From sequence record ON190025.1: a stretch of 64,000 bases of DNA, one strand, 5' to 3'. How positions within the stretch are numbered: position 1 is the stretch's first letter; each line of letters starts with the position of its first letter. The translations under genes and the position numbers were made by a program. The notes beneath the pieces are model-generated. The model was not told the origin of the DNA. It did no database searches and was given only the letters and a program-made list of their open reading frames with translations. Shown one piece after another: positions 16,605 to 22,731 of this stretch.

Positions 16605-16847
16605 TTATTTGTGTCTACCCCACATCAGCTTATCAAACTGACTAAGATATTCTTCAACTGCATCAGCATTCGCTTGACTGACAACCCAAACATTATCTTG
16701 TGATTTTGATTTGGTGTCTCTAACAGCGCCAAGTTTTTGCATCATGTTTCGATGTCTCTCTCTATCCATTGCACCACTAAAAAGTGAGCCAGAAACTCCG
16801 AAAGTAACATCTTTCGACTCGGTAATGAATTCATCAAATGTTTTCAT
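16605..16847 (-). CDS. Putative internal head protein (IP-like)
   Basis: MKTFDEFITE/S matches the T4 IP capsid-targeting sequence pattern; AAGGA SD; CTAAATA upstream. Confidence 0.75.
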   Translation of the reverse strand: MKTFDEFITESKDVTFGVSGSLFSGAMDRERHRNMMQKLGAVRDTKSKSQDNVWVVSQANADAVEEYLSQFDKLMWGRHK

Positions 16848-16893
16848 TGTAATTTTCCTTATTGCGTAAAACAATATTTAGTCGAAATAAATT

Positions 16894-16970
16894 TGGTTGC
16901 GTGGGGCTGGATTCGAACCAGCGTTCTCCGGCTTATGAGACCGACGAGATGACCACTTCTCTACCCCGCA
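16894..16970 (-). tRNA. Initiator-like tRNA-fMet(CAT) with a bulged acceptor stem
   Basis: Body resembles the bacterial initiator (TGCGGGG...CTCGTCGG.CTCATAA...CGCAACCA); one extra A in the 3' acceptor strand. Confidence 0.85.
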
Positions 16971-16980
16971 ATTATTCAAC

Positions 16981-17067
16981 AGCTTGCGTTCTTTGGTCTG
17001 TTTATCGCTGTCTGAACTGAGTTCGCCGAGCGATCAATAGATTAAGTTAAATTGCAGTATGCAAGCT
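16981..17067 (-). ncRNA. 87 nt motif-closed RNA
   Basis: AGCTTGC-AT-ACTGCAA...ATCGCT/AGCGAT hairpin...AAAGAAC-GCAAGCT. Confidence 0.7.
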
Positions 17068-17072
17068 AAAAC

Positions 17073-17158
17073 TGGTGGAGCGTAGAGGAATCGAACCTCT
17101 CTACCCGTTAAGGGTCAGGGATTTACAGTCCCCTGTCTCACCTTGAGACGTACGCTCC
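17073..17158 (-). tRNA. tRNA-Tyr(GTA)
   Basis: Long variable arm, CCA. Confidence 0.95.
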
Positions 17159-17164
17159 GTAATT

Positions 17165-17239
17165 TGGTTCTCCCGACGAGATTCGAACTCGCGCACTTCA
17201 CCTTGAAAGGGTGATGACCTACCGTTAGTCCACGGGAGA
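17165..17239 (-). tRNA. tRNA-Glu(TTC)
   Basis: TCACC-CTTTCAA-GGTGA, CCA. Confidence 0.93.
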
Positions 17240-17302
17240 ATTAAATTGTATATTGATTTGCAAGCTATCTAACTTACAAAGCGATACACAATGTATCTAA
17301 TT

Positions 17303-17379
17303 TGGTACGCCGCCCTGGACTCGAACCAGACACCTGAGAGTTAAAAGCTCCCTGCTCTTCCATGATGAGCTACCGACGC
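17303..17379 (-). tRNA. tRNA-Lys(TTT) copy 1
   Basis: Cloverleaf, CCA. Confidence 0.95.
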
Positions 17380-17390
17380 ATTATAAAATA

Positions 17391-17465
17391 TGGTGGGTCG
17401 CAAGAGATTCGAACTCTCACCGGTCTGGTTAAAAGCCAGATGTACTACCGTTATACGAACGACCC
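17391..17465 (-). tRNA. tRNA-Lys(TTT) copy 2
   Basis: Cloverleaf, divergent body, CCA. Confidence 0.93.
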
Positions 17466-17554
17466 AGATTTGATTTTCACGTTAAGAGCGTTTGCTAAAT
17501 AACTCAAAACTAAAACCCCTTGCTTGATTTAACTCTTACAAACAAGCTATAATA

Positions 17555-17629
17555 TGGTGCACCCCCTCGGAATCGAACCGAGCACTGCGGGACTTCAATC
17601 CGCCGCTTTTCCTGATAAGCTAAGGGTGC
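17555..17629 (-). tRNA. tRNA-Phe(GAA)
   Basis: GCGGA-TTGAAGT-CCCGC, CCA. Confidence 0.9.
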
Positions 17630-17630
17630 A

Positions 17631-17708
17631 TGGTACGCAAGAAGAGATTCGAACTCTTAACTTCTGGTTTCTAAGACCAGTGCCTCTGCCAGATTGGGCT
17701 ACTTGCGC
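17631..17708 (-). tRNA. tRNA-Leu(TAG), short variable loop
   Basis: CTGGT-CTTAGAA-ACCAG, CCA. Confidence 0.92.
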
Positions 17709-17726
17709 ATTAAATTTTGTAAACTT

Positions 17727-17857
17727 CTTTTCTTCATTGTACATGATGTTTATATCGTTGTAAACATCTTTTTTTGAAAAACTTTTCATTCGTTTTTGAA
17801 TGATGTTTCGCTTTTCTTCATTGTACATGATGTTTATATCGTTGTAAACATCTTTTT
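17727..17857 (-). promoter_or_regulatory. Exact 47 bp direct repeat (17727-17773, 17811-17857), each a sigma70-type promoter
   Basis: TTTACA-17 nt-TACAAT in each copy, with inverted repeat GATGTTTA...TAAACATC over the -35. Confidence 0.8.
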
Positions 17858-18063
17858 GAATTTATTTTGAAGAACTTAACGTTTTCATTTTCTATGTGTT
17901 AATATTAACACTCGCTCAAGACATCATAAACACTAATTTATGAAAAAGTTCGTTAAATTCTATCATCTCGACAGTACTTAACGAGATACGGTCCTAAGCG
18001 TATCAATTCGTAGAAGCAGTTTCGGGAATGTGCGAAAGCGAGCTTCAATCAAACAACACTAAC

Positions 18064-18139
18064 TGGCACCCAATACAAGATTCGAACTTGTAACCTTCGC
18101 CTTCGTAGGGCGCTGCTCTTCCAATTGAGCTAATCGGGC
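18064..18139 (-). tRNA. tRNA-Arg(ACG)
   Basis: Cloverleaf, CCA. Confidence 0.95.
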
Positions 18140-18147
18140 ATTAAAAC

Positions 18148-18224
18148 TGGTCCGTGACAAGCGATTCGAACGCTTAACTTCTCCGCCCCAAACGGAGTAC
18201 TCTACCAGATTGAGCTAGTCACGG
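18148..18224 (-). tRNA. tRNA-Pro(TGG) copy 1
   Basis: Cloverleaf, CCA. Confidence 0.93.
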
Positions 18225-18233
18225 ATTTTAAAT

Positions 18234-18307
18234 TGGTCGGGACGAAGAGACTCGAACTCTTACCACATGCTCCCAAAGCATGAACGCTACCTTTACGCCA
18301 CGTCCCG
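18234..18307 (-). tRNA. tRNA-Pro(TGG) copy 2
   Basis: Cloverleaf, divergent body, CCA. Confidence 0.93.
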
Positions 18308-18327
18308 TTTGTTCTTTAACTTTGTTT

Positions 18328-18357
18328 ATCATACTCTGTAATCAAAGTACGTTAAAC
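18328..18357 (-). promoter_or_regulatory. Probable sigma70-type promoter for the downstream tRNAs
   Basis: TTTAAC-17 nt-TATGAT just downstream of a terminator. Confidence 0.5.
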
Positions 18358-18384
18358 AAAATTTCTTAACTTTCTTACGCCCAT

Positions 18385-18408
18385 AAAAAAGGACGCTATT
18401 TGCGTCCT
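18385..18408 (-). terminator. Rho-independent terminator
   Basis: GGACGC/GCGTCC stem plus T6. Confidence 0.8.
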
Positions 18409-18437
18409 CAAGTATACTTCTATGTTATACTATCGGA

Positions 18438-18551
18438 CTACAAGAGGGTATCCCACTTCTGGTTCGCAATCGGATTCGCTAGATACACGAATTCTGAGCG
18501 CAGAAAATCGCTGCGTAATGTCTCAGATGAATGTGTAAACGAATGCGTCAT
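18438..18551 (-). CDS. Possible 37 aa peptide
   Basis: MTHSFTHSSETLRSDFLRSEFVYLANPIANQKWDTLL, GAGAG upstream, terminator downstream. Confidence 0.35.
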   Translation of the reverse strand: MTHSFTHSSETLRSDFLRSEFVYLANPIANQKWDTLL

Positions 18552-18678
18552 TGAATGCTCTCTTGAAATAAAAATTAAAATTTGTTTTGTTTCTTTATAG
18601 TACTTATAACACTAAATCTGACGATTTGCGGTATTTTCGCAGAAAATTGAAAAAAATTATCAATTTTCTGCGATTTTA

Positions 18679-18915
18679 TTAACCTAAGTGTTTTCGCTTG
18701 TTCATTTCAGCAAGAATTTCGTCGTTGTAGTGCTTATTAAGCTCAACGAATTTCTTGTGCTGATCTGAAGTCAATTCGTTTGTATCGTTCAGATGCTTCA
18801 AAAACCCAAGAGGCTTACGAAACGACTTGCGATATTCATTCAGACGCTCATCTGTTAGATTGCGCAATTGTTTCGGAGTCAGTAACGTTTTGTTGATATT
18901 AAATGTTCCGCTCAT
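18679..18915 (-). CDS. Hypothetical protein
   Basis: MSGTFNINK..., 78 aa, GAGG SD. Confidence 0.65.
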   Translation of the reverse strand: MSGTFNINKTLLTPKQLRNLTDERLNEYRKSFRKPLGFLKHLNDTNELTSDQHKKFVELNKHYNDEILAEMNKRKHLG

Positions 18916-18941
18916 GTTATACCTCACTAGTTTATCAAAAA

Positions 18942-19057
18942 TGGTAGTCGGGGCTGGATTCGAACCAGCGACCACGTGCTTAACAGGCAATTGAAGGAGT
19001 GCTGGAGCGATACTTGTCAGTATCATTCTTCGTGCTCTACCACTGAGCTACCCGACT
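18942..19057 (-). ncRNA. tRNA-shaped RNA, anticodon loop replaced by a motif-bearing insert (CCA present)
   Basis: AGTCGGG/CCCGACT-A-CCA, normal D and T arms; insert GATACT-GACA-AGTATC-GCT-CCAGCAC. Confidence 0.75.
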
Positions 19058-19093
19058 ATGAATTATTTAACTTTGAATTTCAAATTTCGATAT

Positions 19094-19354
19094 TCAAAGT
19101 TTCGTTTGTCTTTTTTTACTGTAATACGTATCCCAATCAATAGAAACAGGACAGTTCTTACTACCCACACGAGATAAGAAAACGTCGTGAGTGTCTTTGT
19201 AAGCTTCTCTGAGAGACTTTACTTGTTTCTCATGATGAGTTATGTACTCAGCACACGCTTTGTTGTACTCAGCTTTAGAGAAGCGTTCATCGCCCGTGAA
19301 ATTACCGTTTAGATACGGTCGAATAACACGAACACGTTCTTTAGACCATCCCAT
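19094..19354 (-). CDS. Hypothetical protein
   Basis: 86 aa ORF. Confidence 0.65.
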   Translation of the reverse strand: MGWSKERVRVIRPYLNGNFTGDERFSKAEYNKACAEYITHHEKQVKSLREAYKDTHDVFLSRVGSKNCPVSIDWDTYYSKKRQTKL

Positions 19355-19378
19355 ACTAAAACTATTTTCAATTTATTT

Positions 19379-19456
19379 TGGTGACCCCAACAGGACTCGA
19401 ACCTGTAACCTACCGATTATGAGTCGGTTGCTCTAACCAAGTTGAGCTATAGGGCC
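19379..19456 (-). tRNA. tRNA(CAT), most like Ile2 (lysidine type)
   Basis: GGCCC acceptor and GACTCATAATC arm resemble bacterial tRNA-Ile2. Confidence 0.85.
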
Positions 19457-19457
19457 A

Positions 19458-19826
19458 TTATTTCTCTAGAAATCGACCTACTTTAGCAGCGAAGATGTTT
19501 GCTTCTTCTGTAATACGAGCAGTCGATTTAATTTGATGAAATGCGTCTTGTTGATGCAGCAAATCGAGCTTATCTGCACATTTCATCAATTCTTTTATAG
19601 TTTGCATAATCTCAATATTATCAAACTGACTTGTATCAGGGTGATAATTTAGATTGTCTAATATCGGCAGAACTTGTTGATAGCAACCCATGCCAATGAA
19701 GTTTATCATAAGTCTATACTGCATTTCAACAGCAAATGTACAATATTTTCGAAGATTGCGCTTTACAATCTCACAACGATGCAATATACAATCAAGTTCG
19801 TCATTTATGTCATTAAACTTATTCAT
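19458..19826 (-). CDS. Hypothetical protein
   Basis: MNKFNDINDEL..., 122 aa. Confidence 0.65.
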   Translation of the reverse strand: MNKFNDINDELDCILHRCEIVKRNLRKYCTFAVEMQYRLMINFIGMGCYQQVLPILDNLNYHPDTSQFDNIEIMQTIKELMKCADKLDLLHQQDAFHQIKSTARITEEANIFAAKVGRFLEK

Positions 19827-19840
19827 AAACCCTCGAAAAT

Positions 19841-19965
19841 TGGTGGAGAGTACGGGATTTGAACCACGTGACAAAAAGATTTACCTAGTTATTAAGGTTT
19901 GCAGCATGAATGCTTGTCAGTATTCTTTAACATTCTTTTGCTCTACCAGACTGAGCTAACTCTCC
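19841..19965 (-). ncRNA. tRNA-shaped RNA with motif-bearing insert (CCA present)
   Basis: GGAGAGT/ACTCTCC-A-CCA; AAAAGA/TCTTTT stem encloses GAATACT-GACA-AGCATTC-AT-GCTGCAA. Confidence 0.75.
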
Positions 19966-19975
19966 GGAATTTGAA

Positions 19976-20088
19976 GGTGAAGTGCAGGACTCGAACCTGC
20001 GACCTCCGGCGTGCATGTGAATGCAGAATGAAATCTTATCAGACTTCGTTTTTTGGCCGGCGTTCTAACCTACTGAACTAACTTCACC
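19976..20088 (-). ncRNA. tRNA-shaped RNA with motif-bearing insert (no CCA)
   Basis: GGTGAAGT/ACTTCACC; insert AAAAAAC-GAAGTCT-GATA-AGATTTC-AT-TCTGCAT. Confidence 0.75.
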
Positions 20089-20103
20089 AATGTAAAAACA
20101 TAT

Positions 20104-20227
20104 TGAGCAGGGTGCAGGATTCGAACCTGCGTCACGATCTTGGAAATGATATGCTAAATTGATTGCAGAATACAAACTTAACAGCTTGCGTTTATGCTAC
20201 GTGTGCTAGCCACTACACCAACCCTGC
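20104..20227 (-). ncRNA. tRNA-shaped RNA with motif-bearing insert (no CCA; acceptor extends to 17 bp)
   Basis: GCAGGGT/ACCCTGC; insert ATAAAC-GCAAGCT-GTTA-AGTTTGT-AT-TCTGCAA. Confidence 0.75.
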
Positions 20228-20301
20228 TCAATATGTTCTTGAGAGTGCTTGTGATTAACCACAAGCACCAAAAATCCTCTAGTTTATTTTGCCTTAGCTA
20301 A

Positions 20302-20481
20302 TCAACACAACCTGAAATCGTGCGCTTTATTTACGGGATGAATGACCCGTTCGCATATGATTAGCGCAAAAGTATGAATGCGCACCTTTTCTTCTTCAAT
20401 GTCCAAGGCAAAGAGGACGATGAATACTAGTGCGAGAAGATATACAATCAAATTGTTCACCTCGCTTGATAAGTGAGAGTA
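20302..20481 (-). CDS. Possible small membrane protein
   Basis: Hydrophobic LIVYLLALVFIVLFAL stretch after a GAGG SD; start uncertain. Confidence 0.4.
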   Translation of the reverse strand, partial: YSHLSSEVNNLIVYLLALVFIVLFALDIEEEKVRIHTFALIICERVIHPVNKAHDFRLC

Positions 20482-20484
20482 CAT

Positions 20485-20607
20485 TGGTCGAGTGTAACGG
20501 AATCGAACCGTTCCCACGATCTCCCTATGATATGCGTAAATTGGTTGCTGAATATAATCATGTCTGATTACAGTATGCTACGTGTGCTGCCACTACACCA
20601 ACACTCG
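20485..20607 (-). ncRNA. tRNA-shaped RNA with motif-bearing insert (CCA; acceptor extends to 21 bp); paralogue of 20104
   Basis: CGAGTGT/ACACTCG-A-CCA; insert GTAATC-AGACAT-GATTAT-AT-TCAGCAA. Confidence 0.75.
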
Positions 20608-20622
20608 ACCAATATACTCTCG

Positions 20623-20773
20623 ATATTTTAAATGTGCGCTACTTGCACGCCGACTGAGCGAATTTTAACTCAGCTAGTTTTTGATTGAGAATTCGTCCGC
20701 TAAGAGTATCCCTGCACGCCAGAACGTATACTGGCTCCATGTATTCATTGCGGCTAACGCACATTTAAAATAT
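20623..20773 (-). ncRNA. ~150 nt RNA closed by a perfect 16 bp stem
   Basis: ATATTTTAAATGTGCG/CGCACATTTAAAATAT; internal GCCAG/CTGGC and CTGAG/CTCAG hairpins; GGCGTGCA twice. Confidence 0.6.
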
Positions 20774-20774
20774 T

Positions 20775-20879
20775 ACTCATCTTCAGAGAAGAGGCAGAAA
20801 CGATGAGTTTAGTCTGCTTAATCAATATTGTTCATCTTCAATAAGAGGCGAGAACGATGAACTTAGCTCGCTTAATCAA
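20775..20879 (-). repeat. Tandem ~50 nt repeats folding as covarying pseudoknots
   Basis: GCGAG/CTCGC vs GCAGA/TCTGC and GTTCATC/GATGAAC vs ACTCATC/GATGAGT. Confidence 0.75.
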
Positions 20880-20887
20880 CTGTGTTA

Positions 20888-21010
20888 ATCTTAACATCAT
20901 TTCAGTGTAAGTCAACAACTTTTTTCAAATATTTCATCGAGTTGAAAGTTTGTGTTCTGTCTCTCGACTCGATGAAATACATTCTACATGCTTTTCAGAA
21001 TAAGTCAACA
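20888..21010 (-). promoter_or_regulatory. Two tandem early promoters driving the tRNA/ncRNA cluster
   Basis: AAAAAGTTG-TTGACT-16 nt-TAAGAT (20888-20915) and AAAAAGTTG-TTGACT-16 nt-TAGAAT (20981-21008). Confidence 0.8.
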
Positions 21011-21025
21011 ACTTTTTGAAAGTTT

Positions 21026-21280
21026 TTATACTGAAAGAATGATACCGCTTTCTGTCTCACCTCGTTCAAGCGCAGCGTGCTTGATTTGAAGCTGAGATAC
21101 AGCTTGTTGAAGCTCAGTGATAGCTTTATCGTAAAGTTTGTTGTTCTCTTTAAGTAAAGCAATCTGATCGGTCTGCATACCGATGATATACGTCAATAAT
21201 ACAACGTTCTCTTCAGTAGTTAGAGTTTCGGGAGCTTCATTGTACTTCTTTAATACTGCTTCAGTAGATAAATCAGTCAT
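21026..21280 (-). CDS. Coiled-coil hypothetical protein
   Basis: MTDLSTEAVLKK..., 84 aa, overlaps the 57B stop. Confidence 0.7.
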   Translation of the reverse strand: MTDLSTEAVLKKYNEAPETLTTEENVVLLTYIIGMQTDQIALLKENNKLYDKAITELQQAVSQLQIKHAALERGETESGIILSV

Positions 21281-21728
21281 TACTATCAACCCAATTTAAA
21301 TCAAGTGGTTCAAGATATTCATCAACAAGCCGAACTTCAGCGTTGACGGGCATAGGTGTGATCGCGTCGTCATAAGACAACGTAACGTGAGGGGTATAGT
21401 CAGGGTAGTCGTGAGTACCACCGATAGAGATAAGATCATCGTGACGTTCTACAAGTTCTGGACATACCATCTTAGCAACAACTGCATATTTGCCGTCTTG
21501 CGTTTTCCAACAGTCGATATGTTCAACAGTAGCAACGAAAGTGGTATCGACAACAGGTACATCAATTTGCTTACGACTATAAAGCACAGTCACGTGAAAT
21601 TTATCTGGTTCTAACGGATTTTTTAGACGAAGCGTTTTCTGCAATCGAACTAACTCTTGCTTACTCGCCTCGTCTAATCTGATACCAACGTAAGTTCCCT
21701 GACTTTCAAGGAACTTAGATAGTTTCAT
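21273..21728 (-). CDS. 57B: 2H-phosphoesterase, T4 gp57B homologue
   Basis: Two HxT motifs (FHVTVLYS, PHVTLSY); position beside 57A. Confidence 0.85.
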   Translation of the reverse strand: MKLSKFLESQGTYVGIRLDEASKQELVRLQKTLRLKNPLEPDKFHVTVLYSRKQIDVPVVDTTFVATVEHIDCWKTQDGKYAVVAKMVCPELVERHDDLISIGGTHDYPDYTPHVTLSYDDAITPMPVNAEVRLVDEYLEPLDLNWVDSND

Positions 21729-21994
21729 TATTCAGCGTCTTTTTCTTGTTCGCCGTCGCCTTCAGCAGGACGTTCAGCTTTACCGGTTAGAATTGCGATT
21801 TCGTCAACGTAGTTCTGTAGAGAACTTGCTTGCGTCTGATCGAAATCGAGTAGTTGAGCTAGTACACCCACGAACTGACCAAAAGAATTGCGCTCTTCTT
21901 GAAGAGTCTCTTGTAGGTCAAAGGTACGCACTTTAAGATCTTTGATTTGTGCGTCTTTCTGTTCGATTACTTGTTCAGCAGTTTGTTGTGACAT
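21728..21994 (-). CDS. 57A: Tail fibre chaperone gp57A-like
   Basis: Short coiled-coil ORF between gene 1 and 57B. Confidence 0.7.
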   Translation of the reverse strand: MSQQTAEQVIEQKDAQIKDLKVRTFDLQETLQEERNSFGQFVGVLAQLLDFDQTQASSLQNYVDEIAILTGKAERPAEGDGEQEKDAE

Positions 21995-21998
21995 GTTT

Positions 21999-22643
21999 TC
22001 ACCTTAAATTTAAATTATCAATTTGTTCATACAGTTCTTCAAGAGAACCGTTATTGTCTATTTGAATAGCGTCTTCAATAAAACCCAATTCGGTATCGCT
22101 AATGTGATTAGATGCCAGAGAACCTTCTCGGTTAACTTGTAACATCGTGCCACCAAGCTCATATACTAAATTCATTTCGTTTTCAAAACGAACATCAGTA
22201 ATTATAAAGAGCAAGTCGGGGTTGTTAAACACTAACTGATTGTATTTATCACGTGCATAATTGATCCAATGCTGATCGTTAAGAGAACGTGCAACATCAG
22301 TACCTGTCATTTGTAAGAGATCTCGAATACTAAAAAGACCAGTGTGTGGAAGTAGAGTAAAGTATACGTAATCATAATCAGCATCTACGTTTGCGTAGTC
22401 ACAGCACTTCAATACAAGTTCAATTGCTTCGTCTAACGTAAATACTGGAACTTCGCGGTCACAATCTGTTTGACCGTCTATGTCTGCATAATCATAGCCA
22501 TATTCTTTTAACCCAATGAACAACCCTTCTTTAATCGGGTCGGCAAATTTGTAAATGTAAGTGCTATCACTATGAGATTTTTTAATGGCAGCAGCAAGGG
22601 TATCTTTCCCTGAACGCTTTTGTCCATTGATTCCTATAATCAT
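21999..22643 (-). CDS. 1: Deoxynucleoside monophosphate kinase
   Basis: IIGINGQKRSGKDT P-loop, FADPIK, LLQMTGTD, ITDVRFENE. Confidence 0.92.
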   Translation of the reverse strand: MIIGINGQKRSGKDTLAAAIKKSHSDSTYIYKFADPIKEGLFIGLKEYGYDYADIDGQTDCDREVPVFTLDEAIELVLKCCDYANVDADYDYVYFTLLPHTGLFSIRDLLQMTGTDVARSLNDQHWINYARDKYNQLVFNNPDLLFIITDVRFENEMNLVYELGGTMLQVNREGSLASNHISDTELGFIEDAIQIDNNGSLEELYEQIDNLNLR

Positions 22644-22731
22644 AATGAGTTACCTATTAATAGTGTGTTTCGTCTCACGATTATACGACAGATCTGGTGA
22701 TTTCTAAACAATGCGACAAGGTGCCTATTCT

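Noticed and set aside
17483-17538. Thirteenth motif copy (TAAGAGT...TCAAGCAA...GCTCTTA)
   Set aside because: Spacing and heptamer deviate from the consensus; possibly degenerate, not counted.
17595-17828. 77 aa ORF with an internal repeat
   Set aside because: Arises from the duplicated promoter and runs through two tRNA genes; no SD.
17727-17857. CRISPR-like mini-array
   Set aside because: Only two repeats, each a promoter consensus; no cas context.
18942-20607. Group I or BHB introns in the five tRNA-shaped RNAs
   Set aside because: Inserts are only ~45-60 nt, lack P7/GACU-UAGUC cores, and I could not find an excision that restores a consistent 7 nt anticodon loop.
20775-20879. Known riboswitch or ribozyme (fluoride, preQ1-II, pistol, HDV/theta) for the tandem pseudoknots
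   Set aside because: Topology is similar to some, but the conserved ligand-binding or catalytic nucleotides are absent by eye.
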